A stretch of 38,691 nt of DNA from Chiloscyllium plagiosum (taxonomy: Eukaryota), in NCBI RefSeq assembly GCF_004010195.1, contig NW_025214056.1, forward strand, positions 1 to 38,691, given 5' to 3'. The first letter of the stretch is position 1. Every line of letters begins with the position of its first letter. Shown one piece after another: positions 23,301-33,945 of the stretch. The position numbers and the translations under genes were made by a program. The notes below the pieces were generated by a model that was not told the origin of the DNA, ran no database searches, and saw only the letters and a list, made by a program, of their open reading frames with translations.

Positions 23301-25160
23301 ATCTTCAGCATTCAGTTATCCTATGGAGGCACAAATCTGGATCAGTACAAAGAGCAGCTAGAGGTTCTGAAATCAGTCAGACAAGCGTTAGCTAATCCGG
23401 ATACTTCAGTCCTCCTACAAACATGCTTCCAGATCACAGAAGTTATTTCAAAGTGTATGCCCCATGAACAGCTGGGCAACCTATTGCTCATGGCCTTCAA
23501 GGGACTATATGATCAACAGCTTAGCTGTTCCAGTGCAGCTGCTATCCTCATTAAAACCATCATTAAAAAACATGGCAATGAACTCCAGAATCAGGTACCT
23601 GAATTACTTGAAGTGTTGAGGAGTCACCTGCAGTTAATTCGTTGCAAAGAGGCAAAACTTTCAGTTCTGCGGAGCATTGCTATTCTAGCCAAGCAAAACA
23701 CAGCAGCAGTTGTATCATGTCTCCTCACTTATCCTGTCCCTTTAGATATGAACACCACTGAAATATGGAGATCACTAGCTGAGGACACAGATTGTGCACC
23801 AATTACAATTCAAGTACTTTTAGACACACTGAACAAACAGTTACCAACTGGGGAAAAGAAAACCTATCCCATTTATGAGAATGTGACACTATATCCAAAT
23901 GCCGAATCACTGGCTGTTACTTGTGCTTTATACCAGATAATAAACACACCTACATCAGCACAGGCTGTAATCCAATTGTTTCCAAAGTTATTCAGCACTC
24001 TATTAATCCACCTCAATTCCTCGATTAATGTTTATCTACCTAAAGTTCTTGCTCCTGATTCTGAAGCAAGGCAGTTTGAATTTGTAGTTGAGTCTCAAAC
24101 ACCAAGAAGTGGGGACATGTGTATGAAATGTGCAGAGACTCTAATGGACTTGCTGGATCGGACAGGAAAACAACAAGTGCTAAACTGCTTGATAGAAAAT
24201 GGAGGTTGGAACCTTATGATGGATATCCACAAATCAGTAATGGGGATAGTCTTGCTTGTCAAAACAATGGCCAGTTACACTGATACCAGTTTGACTAGGA
24301 TTATAGATGAACTAGCAGAATTCATGCCCAGCCTACAAGAGTGTCAGAAAATTACTGTGGCTGCATTCTTTGGAGAGCTTTTAAGATCATCACTGGTTTT
24401 GCAGCTGCAGCTCACTGATACCCTGATGAACAGATTACTTCAATGGCTACCTAATTCTTCTCCAGTTCTCCAATTATTGTGTATCAAGGGGCTAGATAAC
24501 ATCACAACTGGAGCTCCTCAATGCATTGAAAAATACTCTCGCCAAGTGCTATATTCAATCATTTCTATGATGGGATCCAGGGAACATAACAATGAGGTGC
24601 TGATGTTTGAGGTCCTCTCCTGCCTGGATAAACACTTGAATCTGTTAAAAACCAGTACTATCAAACCCTTTTTAATCAAAATCCTCACTGCAGTACAACC
24701 ATTCTTTGAATTTACCAGCGATAAAGTAAGGGCTGAAGCATTTACTGTGTTGGGGAGCTTAGCCAAGTGTGGAACCAGAGATCCCAAATCCTGCTTGTGT
24801 CGACAAATCCATTTGAATCTAGTTCGCTTGTTACTGCAGCTCGATGGAAACAGCAAAGAGGTTTCTAGGTCTTGCAACTCGACACTGCATTCAGTCATCC
24901 CTCTTATTATTTCAGCGAAGGCTGTCTCAGTGATTGTGAAGTACTTAGAGGAGCCAACACTAAAATACATGGAGTTCCTGAGGGTCATATCACAACAACT
25001 CATCAAAGACTTCCCTGAAAGAATCCACGGTTATATCATGGACTGTATGCCCTACTTCAACAATCCAGAGGAACAGCTCAGAGCAAACGCAGTCACCTTG
25101 TCAGGATTGTTTTTCCAACGCCCAGAAAAACATTTCAGATCTGTCCAGAGATTCACCTGA
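20322..25160 (+). CDS. Intronless MROH1-like (maestro HEAT-repeat) protein, 1612 aa; probable retrogene nested antisense in BET1L intron 1
   Basis: Single uninterrupted 4839-nt ORF. It is colinear with MROH1 as I recall it: LPKMIPAILSLYKK, EILRCFIVLA, RVGTLTVLRHLI, AMAQHGYLE, LWPFLL, AAALRLLQVL..NIHP, EWEEKLLLFL, PQEKGFLYK, AEREGAAIAIGFCA, LVLCYG, PRCAD, GGWNL. AATAAA lies 3 nt after the stop (25164-25169). Confidence 0.93.
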   Translation: MHRNVELFSVSLIKMTAEEDEDSRKKILNSLYILGCHHPEMVLTVCHDYLSHHSTLTGLQGAVIFDTMTMITKKTLEQISEGLAQNILSLAALWITKLTGSQADSQEAASNLLVTMSFRFMDQVLQLTMENLKEGNVPNAYMVKTLTKMSAENTLVMMPFLKSIIGTMIPALFGVKQDELKVVFAAALGSFSKSILLYLENTEKASDLTVTKDSFYSEISTVYSTFFKVWLQKEPSKLNIQVVEALGYVSCLLPKDKFEKELPKMIPAILSLYKKQPGHFSITECLCRLLDAAMEMGHPGLKTQLDNLLNNLHQQICLSVGANNHHTTKNHTEILRCFIVLAPIYADSLVDFLLLKLENTEQQMRVGTLTVLRHLISSVSSHLERKQVKIVAAIKPMLQMNCTNHEKKLIAQVICAMAQHGYLEPEEGKATVEFLIRQCAASIDSTTSELTNHQEEQVTDEDLATVCETVMFMITNTVKMEDALWPFLLECVTMTQYTKALTTICNCLAHLGKKKPQDIGERFSLIYSGNTNVPRAQALLARLLLVSCCPNQGRSRAAAALRLLQVLNFNIHPATASWWDEELPALVDQLQGHLKESLHEQEWEEKLLLFLSKTLNIIDDEEWTSQLCDEMYQQIDTHDRSPQEKGFLYKALGIVLSQVRKRNIKEELHQMLLSVQHNENAEREGAAIAIGFCAMTHFNDTLSSLEEFANSNRIMSTNSFFHINNDKPDVDLDQAKSTLVLCYGNMALYTPEELLSRIESHILSAISEFITSGNRIKAKPRDLTLKLSIIKAVTMIAKSLHSNYQSVPFNFIRKRELLMYMQNLIQDEPQELLHGPVRKLAMIACLHLVQLHTESNQTDILTSQLIHTCLTSTFSILPLELDKDKDMASSKDSTTLYIQTITALQELLKEILLQDLSSEGLQAMFQQFEEWIISTKDYERERAMDMILVLLKYMEKLDTFPLINMGSLIGQIMPRCADPLISIGQIVIDCLYTIFSIQLSYGGTNLDQYKEQLEVLKSVRQALANPDTSVLLQTCFQITEVISKCMPHEQLGNLLLMAFKGLYDQQLSCSSAAAILIKTIIKKHGNELQNQVPELLEVLRSHLQLIRCKEAKLSVLRSIAILAKQNTAAVVSCLLTYPVPLDMNTTEIWRSLAEDTDCAPITIQVLLDTLNKQLPTGEKKTYPIYENVTLYPNAESLAVTCALYQIINTPTSAQAVIQLFPKLFSTLLIHLNSSINVYLPKVLAPDSEARQFEFVVESQTPRSGDMCMKCAETLMDLLDRTGKQQVLNCLIENGGWNLMMDIHKSVMGIVLLVKTMASYTDTSLTRIIDELAEFMPSLQECQKITVAAFFGELLRSSLVLQLQLTDTLMNRLLQWLPNSSPVLQLLCIKGLDNITTGAPQCIEKYSRQVLYSIISMMGSREHNNEVLMFEVLSCLDKHLNLLKTSTIKPFLIKILTAVQPFFEFTSDKVRAEAFTVLGSLAKCGTRDPKSCLCRQIHLNLVRLLLQLDGNSKEVSRSCNSTLHSVIPLIISAKAVSVIVKYLEEPTLKYMEFLRVISQQLIKDFPERIHGYIMDCMPYFNNPEEQLRANAVTLSGLFFQRPEKHFRSVQRFT

Positions 25161-25169
25161 TATAATAAA

Positions 25170-26150
25170 TATTACAACTTGATATCAGGGAAAAACCAAC
25201 ATAGGGCTTCAATACTTGACTTCCCCCTTTACACACGTTACAACGTGGAAGTCAAACCTCTGCTAATTAAACCAAACACCCAGCAAAGCTCATCTCGCCT
25301 CTGTTAAAATATGAGTGACAGAGAACTACTAATTTCCACTATTTAAAGAAAAATAACAATTTCTTTTCTTAACTCTAACAGTGAACACAAAACAACTATT
25401 CACAAATCCAAGACCTCCGTTTCTTAACTAAATATCTGATCTCAACTCTATAAAAAATATGCTGTTACAATAACACACTTACTAAACATTACATTAACTT
25501 AATCTCAAGGCCACACAGTCTCTGTCTTCCCCGCTGTCTTCAATCTTCTGGCTGCTGATCTCCTGAGTAGGTTTCACACAAAAAGGTACCTTTGATTAAG
25601 AGTGTTTTCTAAAGTCTTTGAAAGCAAGATGTTAGATGTGCAGTTAGCTCTCCAGCTCCAAAGCAGTTGCTCGCTCTCTCTCAAATTTTCAAAATACCAG
25701 GTTTCTATACTGCCCATGACACATTAAATTCTTATAATTTGATTCGTTTCCAGGTGTCAAAACATTACAATTCAAATGGGCATTGGCTTCTGGTATCCTG
25801 GACATAATTTAAACTTGTTGGTTAAATTCAAATTGTTGTCAACCAACAACCAAAACTCAGGTATCAATTTAATAGCCAATTGTTACATTTGGTGTAGCCC
25901 GATCTTTAGCTGACAGCTGTGGCCGTACTTTGAATTCAGAGAAGCACTTTCTTTCTTACAGTGACCATACATGCTTTCAACTTCGTTTCAGACAAGCTTT
26001 CCTTCGAGAGGAGGCTCCAAATTGTCAGGGTCCCCTTCCATGCACGCCCTAATCCTCAGACTTCCCTTGACTACAGGGGTCCCAAATCTCAGCTCTCCAC
26101 CTATTCTCTATAAACCCAAATAAATGTGGCTACCCGTCATTTTATCATTT
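25170..26150. repeat. Unclassified interspersed repeat, possibly a solo LTR
   Basis: Abrupt compositional change right after the MROH stop; tattacaac start resembles a decayed TGTTAC LTR terminus; termini and TSD not confirmed. Confidence 0.25.
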
Positions 26151-26444
26151 TACTAATTATAAATGAATGTCAATTTGTTACATTCAAACTGCACCCACAA
26201 TTGTGACATTAGCTACATTTCATGCTCCCAGTTTATGAATTCCTTGCTGCAGTATCATATCAAATTTTCTAATGGAATTAATCCAAAATCTGGCCCTATA
26301 CTGGTGAGTGGAACAATAGGATCCTCTATACTAGTAATGCAGATTTGCCAATGTCACCAATGCAAACAGCCATACAGATTAATGTGATCACACCCTTAGT
26401 GCAAGTCCATCTCACTTCAAATAATTTGTAACCTAGAATTGTAC

Positions 26445-27179
26445 AGTTATTGAGACATATAGCATGGAAACAAATCTTTCGGTCCAACTCATCCATGCCA
26501 ACCAGATATCCTAAATAAGTCTTGTCCCATTTGACAGCACTTGCTCATTTCCCTCTAAACCCGTCCTATTCACATACCCATCCAGATGCCTTTTAAATGC
26601 TGTAACTGTACCAGCTTCCACCTCTTCAACTGGCAGCTCATTCTGTACATGCACTAGCCTCTACATGAAAAAAGTTGCCCCTTCAGTTCCTTTTAAACGT
26701 TCCCCTCTCACCCTAAACTTATGCCCTCTAGTTTTGGACTCCCCCACCACAGAGAAGAGACCTTGTCTATTTTTCCTACCCATGCCTCTCATAATTTTAT
26801 AATCTCTATAATGTCACCCTCAACCTCTTGACTCTCCAGGGAAAATAGCCCCAGTCTATTCAGCCTCTCCCTATAGCTTTCAAACACTCCGACCCTGGCA
26901 TCATCCTTGTAAACCTTTTCTGAATCCTTTCAAGTTTCACAACATCCTTCCTATAGCAAGGTTACCAGATTTGCATTCAGTATTCCAGTAGTGGTCTAAC
27001 CAATGTTCTGTACAGGCGCAACATGACTTCCCAATTCCTACATTCAATGCACTAACCAACAAAGGAAAGCACACTAAACGCCTTCCTCATTATCTTATCT
27101 ACTTGCGACTCCACTTTCAAGGAACTATGAACCTGCACTCCAGGGTCTCTTTATTCAGCAACATTCCCCAGGACCTTAC
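26445..27179 (-). mobile_element. CR1/HER1-like LINE 3' fragment
   Basis: Reverse complement of the 5305-6035 family (agcatggaaac...ccaactc...tgcactccagggtctctttattcagcaacattccccaggacctta). Confidence 0.9.
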
Positions 27180-27281
27180 AGAGTGAAGAAAGAATTACTG
27201 AGCACCACTCACGTTCCACAGATCAAGAAATAGGAGGATGCCATTCAGTCCCTCAAACCTATTCCACATTCAATTACATTA

Positions 27282-27472
27282 AAAATCACACAACACCAGG
27301 TTATAGTCCCACAGGTTTATTTGGAAGTTCTAGCTTTCAGAGAGCTGCTCCTTCAACAGTTACCTGATGAAGGAGCAGCACTCTGAAAGCTAATACTTCC
27401 AAATGAACCTTTGGGACTATAACCTGGATGTGTGATTTTTAACTTTGTCCACCCCAATCCAACACCAGCACC
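27282..27472. mobile_element. Fold-back Penelope-derived insertion with hammerhead-like core
   Basis: Arms aaaaatcacacaacaccaggttatagtcc.../...ggactataacctggatgtgtgattttt; core CTGATGA-AGGAG(cagca)CTCT-GAAAGCTA at 27364-27392; ~30-nt tail; duplication tccacattcaattacatta at 27263-27281 and 27473-27491. Confidence 0.85.
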
Positions 27473-27858
27473 TCCACATTCAATTACATTACGGCTAATC
27501 TGTCACTCAGCTCCATTCACCCATTTTTTCTTCAAAACCCTTAATAAACTTACCAACAAAAATATCAACCTTAAACTCCCCAAAATTTCAATTTACCCAC
27601 AGTATTCACAGCCTTCGGGGAGGCAGGATTTGTACTGTACTTTGTGCAAAGAATTTTATTCCTAAAAGGCTCTTATTTTAAGATTACATGGCCTTATGTT
27701 GAATTTCTCTCAAAGAAAATTAACTAGAGTTAAATTGCAAATTCTGAAGGTGAGGAATAAACTGACCACGCAAACTGATCCGATCTGTTAATGAGTAAAT
27801 ATACAATTAGTGGAAGACACTTAAGAAATATTTGGTCTAATTCAAAACCAGTACATGC

Positions 27859-28069
27859 CACGTTCTCCCCGTGTCTGCGTGGGTTTCCTCCGGGTGCTCC
27901 GGTTTCCTCCCACAGTCCAAAGATGTGCAGGTCAGGTGAATTGGCCAGGCTAAATTGCCCGTTGTGTTAGGTTAGGGGTATGGGTGGGTTGCGCTTCGGC
28001 GGGGCGGTGTGGACTTGTTGGGCCGAAGGGCCTGTTTCCACACTGTATGTAATCTAATCTAATCTAATC
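27859..28069 (+). mobile_element. 5'-truncated V-SINE (HE1-like)
   Basis: V-domain cacgttctccccgtgtctgcgtgggtttcctccgggtgctccggtttcctcccaca, LINE-like 3' end gggccgaagggcctgtttcc, (aatct)n tail. Confidence 0.92.
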
Positions 28070-28119
28070 ACTCAAAGGAAGAAGCTGAGTCATGTAGTGA
28101 AGGAATCAGGACTAACAAA

Positions 28120-28284
28120 TGATTTGACGGTGCTGGTATTGGACTGGGGTGTACAAAGTTAAAAGTCACACAACACCAGGTTATAATCTAACAGGTTTAT
28201 TTGGAAGCAGTAGCTTTCACAGCGCTGGTAACCACCTGATGAAGGAACAGCAGTCCAAAAGCTAGTGCTTCCAAATAAATTTGT
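28120..28284. mobile_element. Fold-back Penelope-derived insertion (same family as 27282 and 37064)
   Basis: Tail plus arm, core cac-CTGATGA-AGGA...TCC-aAAAGCTA-gtg at 28233-28267, short second arm; duplication aggactaacaaa at 28108-28119 and 28285-28296. Confidence 0.8.
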
Positions 28285-28458
28285 AGGACTAACAAAGATG
28301 ATACTAAGTGTAAAAGATTTACACTTAGTGAAAATGGAATAGACTAAGAGCACTACAAAGATCGTGGAAGGATGAAACAAAAGTCATGAGAGTCAAAAAC
28401 AGACAATCTTGCAAGTAATTTCAAAGCTAATAGTAAAGGTTTTTAAAAATATAATTAT

Positions 28459-28774
28459 GATTAGATTACTTACAGTGTGGAAACAGGCCCTTCGGTCCAA
28501 CAAGTCCACACCGACCCGTCGAAGCACAACCCACCCAGACCCATTCCCCTACATTTACCCCTGCCCCTAACACTACGGGCAATTTAGCATGGCCAATTCA
28601 CCTGACCTGCACATTTTTGGACTGTGAGAGGAAACCGGAGCACCCGGAGGAAACCCACGCAGACACGGGGAGAACGTGCAAACTCCACACAGTCAGTCGC
28701 CTGAGGCGGGAATTGAACCCGGGTCTCTGGTGCTGTGAGGCAACAGTGCTAACCACTGTGCCACCGTGCCGCCC
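28459..28774 (-). mobile_element. Full-length V-SINE (HE1-like)
   Basis: Reverse complement GGGCGGCACGGTGGCACAGTGGTTAGC (A box) ... GGTTCAATTCC (B box), then the V-domain and a LINE-derived tail. Confidence 0.95.
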
Positions 28775-28844
28775 ACAAATTATAGCAAATTAGATTTATA
28801 TTGCACCGTTAACATTACTAAAACTATCCCAAATACTTCACAGG

Positions 28845-29510
28845 AGTGGACCAGACCAACCTCTCTTAAATTATATTGAGAAGATAGTGTAGTCCCCAAC
28901 TTTCTCTTATTTTTAAAGGCAAGTGTTTCAGATGCATACAATTGGTCAAACTGCCAGGTTTAAAGCAAAACACACTTTATTCTTACACTATATTTAAAGT
29001 ACAAACAAAATAAGAATAAATAAAAATAAGAATAATAAAAACAAAATAAGAGTAACTAACTCTTAAAATATTTAAGATAATACACATGTTAATTACCACT
29101 GATAAACTGTTCGAAGATAGTAATATTCCATAAAGGAGACCCTTGGCAGAGTCAAATTCAGTAAAATAGATTGTCTCACATGCAACATTTCTCCCTGTCC
29201 AGGAGGAAAGAACATCAAAAGAAAATTCGAAGTGAGACAGAACTTAAGTGTTTTGCTGTAGTAGGGGGAAGTATATAACAGATTCCACACCTTAACAGCT
29301 TCTGAAAGCTAAACTAAAACGCTGGGTTCTGTGGGAGCTTGACCTCACCCCATCATGCTACTTCTGTTGTTCCAACTTCAAAAACCCCAAGGCCTCACAA
29401 GCTGTTTAATTTATTGGTTTTGAACAAACTACTTGGTACCTCTATCTCAACCTCTCTTCATTAAAAAAAAAGGACAAAATATACACCTGTTAAAGCCACA
29501 CTGTTGTCAC
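28845..29510. repeat. Unclassified insertion, possibly a solo LTR, interrupting an L2-like tail
   Basis: L2-like 3' sequence (gatttatattgcaccgttaac...cttcacagg) stops at ~28845 and resumes near 29510 (...gggagggaattccagag); the insert ends ...gttgtcac. Confidence 0.3.
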
Positions 29511-29736
29511 TAAAGCACTACCAAATAAAAGGTGACATACGGCCAAATAAACAAAAGATTCATCAAAGAGGTTTTAATTAGTATCTTAAGGAGCTGGAGA
29601 CATTTGGGAGGGAATTCCAGAGATTATTGTTCAAAATGAAAGTATATGGAATTGGCATGGATTGAGAACTGATTAGCAGATATGAAATTAAGAATAATTG
29701 GGTCTTTTTTTGGAGTGGGGCATCAGAGTATCAGTG

Positions 29737-29942
29737 TTGAAAAGTGTGGTGCTGGAAAACCACAGCAGACCAGGCAGCATCCGAGGAGCAGGAGAATCGA
29801 CGTTTCGGCATAAGCCCTTCTTCATGCCCGAAACGTCGATTCTCCTGCTCCTCGGATGCTGTTTGGCCTGCTGTGTTTTTCCAGCACCACACTTTTCAAC
29901 TCTGGTCTCCAGCATCTGCAGTCCTCATTTTCTCCTAGTTTT
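29737..29942. mobile_element. Fold-back Penelope-derived insertion with 15-bp TSD
   Basis: Arms ttgaaaagtgtggtgctggaaaa...gaatcgacgtttcgg / ccgaaacgtcgattc...ccagcaccacacttttcaa; ~40-nt tail; TSD atcagagtatcagtg at 29722-29736 and 29943-29957. Confidence 0.9.
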
Positions 29943-30602
29943 ATCAGAGTATCAGTGCTTGGGTGGCCCAACTATTTCATATATCAACAATATGAATAAG
30001 GGAATGAAACGTAATATTTTCAAGCTTGCTGACAACTCAAAACTAGGTGGAATTGTGAATTCTGAGGAAGATGTAATGTTTTAAAAGGATTTAGACAGGT
30101 TAAGTAGGCAGCACGTAGTAAATTTAATACAACGTAGCTAGGCATGAAATTATTCATTTCGGTAGGAAAATGAATGATGTAAGTTTTATTTAAACAGGAA
30201 TAGATTGGAAATGTTATTGTACAAATGGTCCTAGACATACTTGCATACTAGTCAATTAAATTAAGCATGCAGGTTTGCAGCAAACATTTAGAAAGTCAAG
30301 TGTATTTGGCCTTCACTGCAAGAGGATTTGAGTGAGGATGCCTTATTGCAGCCATACAGCGTCATTGTGATGCCACATTTGAAATACTGTATGTAATTTT
30401 GATATTCTTTCCTAAGAAAGGATAGGTTTGCCACAGAGGGAATGGAGCAAAGGTTTACAAGACTAAGTCTTGTAATGGTGGGATCACTATATGAGAAAAG
30501 ATTGGGTCAACTAGGCCTGTATTCACAGGAGTTTAGAAGAATGAAAGGGAATCTCACTGAAACTTGTGGAGCTTGCACAGAACTGGACAGACTAGATGCA
30601 GG

Positions 30603-30791
30603 GCTGAAAACGTGTTGCTGGAACAGCGCAGCAGATCAGGCAGCATCCAGGGAACAGGAGAATCGACGTTTCGGGCTTATGCCCGAAACGTCGATTCTCC
30701 TGTTCCCTGGATGCTGCCTGACCTGCTGCGCTGTTCCAGCAACACATTTTCAGCTCTGATCTCCAGCATCTGCAGTCCTCACTCTCTCCTC
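30603..30791. mobile_element. Near-perfect fold-back Penelope-derived insertion with 15-bp TSD
   Basis: ~70-bp arms meeting at gacgtttcgggc-TTAT-gcccgaaacgtc; ~45-nt tail; TSD cagac(t/a)agatgcagg at 30588-30602 and 30792-30806. Confidence 0.9.
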
Positions 30792-33059
30792 CAGACAAGA
30801 TGCAGGCACAATGCTTTCCCTGGCTTTGGAGGAAGGAGGGGTGTGTGCATCTAGAAAAAGCGGTCATGGTCTCAGGATACTGGGTAGGTAATTTAGGATC
30901 GAGATGAAGAGAAATTTCTTCACACAAGAGTGGTCATTCTGTGGAATTCTCTGCCACATAAGGCTGTAAAATATAGATTTTTAAATACTAAAGATGTCGA
31001 GGAGTATGGTAAGAGGGTGATGATCACGCTGTTGAAATAGATGATCAGCCATAATCACATAAACAGTAAAGCAAGTTCAATGAGTGAATAGCATACTACT
31101 ACCACTTTTTTCAATGGAAGAACATCAATTGTTATTTCCCAACGAAACCGATGATCTGTGGGCCCACAACCATTTCCTATAGCTGCTGAGGTGTGGGATC
31201 CCGTACCCTCCAGAAACAGGAGGCCTGCTTTCATGTTGGCCGGGTAAGTTAATGTGGAGACACATTGTATAATGACTGTTACACTACATGTTATTCTGAC
31301 AATTCTCAAACGCATTTTTAGAGTTTTAAATCCCAAGATTGTCCACTAAGGGTTTAAATATGGCCCTGTCATACGGAGATCACGAAAGGTGTAAAAATGC
31401 AATCCATCAAATCCTTCTCTAACTGCCATCACCTACTATTCAACTTTAACTGGCATCAGGAAAACTTAAGCATTTCCAATATTACCCCAGTTTTCCTCCA
31501 TTCCTAGTCTTTTCCTGCATTAATGCATCCTGAATGACCACTCATCCTTGTTCTCATTTGTCCTGCCTGTTCTTTCTAAATAATTTCATGTCTTTTATTT
31601 GCCTCCTTGTCCTGAACTTAAATAACTGAAGAGCAGCCAATCATGCTGAGAGGTCAACCTATTGACCAATATCCTGGGCAATGAGTGAGTGTCGGCTGCA
31701 AAACCGACAGGCCAAGACTAACACAGTTGTAAGCTGCTTCAGGCGAGTGTTATGAAGATATGGAGTATGCTTGGTATATAGGATGTTGTGCATCAACAAA
31801 AGAGAAGCAAGACTAATAATCAAAAGTAATCTTCCTTCGGATCATAATGAAATCAGAAATCTGCATTGCCGTTGGGGCACCATCTGCAATGCTCCCATCA
31901 TTCATGGCAAGAAACTAAGTTTAATTATCACTGTCTCCTCATTAAATTATGCAAGTACAGCAACAGACAGAATTACCCAGTGTGTAATTACATTTACTCC
32001 ATGTCACTGAGCAACAGCAAATGCATTCTGTTCAATAACTGGACATTCCAATCTAACTTGCAAAGTTTCTACAGAGGTCTCTGAAGCAGCAACTACAATT
32101 CTATTACATTTAGCCACTTGAGCCTTCTCCACCATTTTACAAAATCCTAGCTGATCTTATTGTAAACTCAATTCCATGTTCCAACTAACCCCCGATAACT
32201 TTTTAGCCCACGCTTATCAAGAACCAATTCACTTCTCCCTTAAAAACATTCAAAAGATTATGCTTCTACTACATTTTTAGGAAGTTTCAAAGATCCTTAA
32301 AGAAAATAAATTTGCCTTCACCATCTTAAATGGGCAACTCCTTATTTTTAATCAGTGACCCCTCATCAACAATGCTCATAGATCAATGTGCAAGTAAACT
32401 CAGTGTAGCCATAACTCAAATCAAAATTAATGCGTCAATCTTTATGGAAGTCAAAGCATTGCTCATCACTGACAGCAACGTCCCATTCTCCAAAACCATC
32501 ACTTTTCTAGTTTCAGATTGATTCAAAGTTATGAAGTAATGAATGATGTCATGGCCCAGATGTTCCAATCAGGTCATAATCAATATTTCCACTTAGAATT
32601 AGATTAAAACCTACTCACTTAACTTTAGGTGTCTCCTATGCTGGAAGTTCCTTGACAGGTGTTTCTTGTTATGAATCTATCCAAGAACCCACAAATCCAG
32701 GAGTGAAGAGAATCAGTATGGAAAGCACCCTCCCTTTTGCAGTTGTCAGTTTGGTCATTTAAATGTTCCACAGCATTTCCAGCCAGAATGACAGCTGCAG
32801 TGAAAGGGTAAGTATGTAAGTTAAGTGTAGAGTTAGGATGTCAATGAGTGGGGTGGGCAAGGTGCCAGGTAAGTGATGTACACTAGGGTAGATCACAGGT
32901 TCAGTCCAGGGAAACGGCTTCAGGCTGCCAGGAATGGAGGGGGGTGCTCTGCAGTGTTGGATCACGGAAGGCAAGCAGAGGGGTGATCATGTCCAGAGGG
33001 TTCAATGGCCCTGAAAAGATTCCAGTAACAGTGGTGAGGATGTGCTCCAGAAGTAGCCC

Positions 33060-33907
33060 CTAGTCAAGCAGCAAGAAAAAAAAAACACCTACCTGGCAAT
33101 TGCACAGGTATGTCTGTCCACAAAAAGCAGAAAAAAATTCAATCAGGCTAATTACTGTCTCTGTCAGTCTACTCTCGATCATCAGCAAAATGATGGAAGG
33201 GTTTATCGACATGTTGCTATTAAGCAGCAGTCGACCACCACACTAACACTCAGTCTGGCTAGGGCCAAATCACAGTCAAATATGGGTGAAAAGACCGAAC
33301 TCCAGGACAAGTGGGACAGGGATTGACTGTCCTTGACACCAAGGCAGCATTTGACCATATAAGATATGAATTAGTCCTAGCAAAATTGGAATCAATGGGA
33401 ATTGGAGAAATCTCTCCACTGATTGGAGACATATCCACACAAGTGACTGTAGCCATTGGTACTCAAGTAACTCAATCTAAATATATCACAATTCTGGTCT
33501 CCCTGCTATAGGAAGGATGTTGTGAAACTTGTGAAAGGGTGTTGCCAAGGTTAGAGGGTTTGACCTATAGGGAGAGGCTAAATAGACTTGAGCTATTTTC
33601 CCTGAAGCATCGGAGGCTGAGGTTTATAAAATCATGAGGGGCATGGATAGGGAAAATAAACAAAGTATTTTCCCTAGGTTGGGGGAGGTCCAAATCTAGA
33701 GGGGAAAGGTTTAAAAGGGACAACTTTTTCACACAAAGTGCACATATGGAATGAGCTGCTAGAGGAAGTGGTGGAGGCTGGTACAATTACAACATTTAAA
33801 AGGCTTCTGGATGGGAATATGAATAGGAAGGGTTTCAAGGCAAATCTGATCAGCATGGACAAGTTGGACTGAAGGGCCAGTTTCCATGCTGTATATCTCT
33901 GACTCTG
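33060..33907 (+). mobile_element. LINE debris: older RT fragment (~33060-33490) followed by a CR1/HER1 3' end (~33494-33907)
   Basis: ORF 33311-33511 LDTKAAFDHI...LAKLESMGI (RT domain 'D..KAFD'); 3' part matches the 5305-6035 family. Confidence 0.8.
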
Positions 33908-33945
33908 AAGGAGCTTCTTACTGTAGGGTCCTAGGCCAAACATCT

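Larger units (their letters stand above)
29640..31060 (+). mobile_element. Degraded CR1-clade LINE fragment hosting two hairpin insertions
   Basis: FKLADNSKLGG (decayed FADD motif) in ORF 29698-30084; RLGQLGLYSQEFRRMKGNLTE in ORF 30442-30759. Confidence 0.85.

Noticed and set aside
20687..25006. Antisense ORFs 20687-20905, 22335-22523, 22733-22993 and 24518-25006
   Set aside because: Shadow ORFs opposite the long MROH coding sequence.
26270..26350. Displaced remnant of the missing MROH C-terminal HEAT repeat
   Set aside because: The frame (MELIQNLALYW*VEQ*DP) has several stops and only chance-level resemblance.
29688..30927. Recurrent ORFs with 'LLEKRSRSGSI..GESTFR' / 'CCWNSAAGQAAS' motifs (also 7849-8311)
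   Set aside because: Translations of the non-coding Penelope hairpin repeats, not a protein family.
31110..31250. Possible plus-strand exon ending at a strong donor (CGG|GTAAGT near 31244)
   Set aside because: No recognisable protein similarity or partner exon; such motifs occur by chance.
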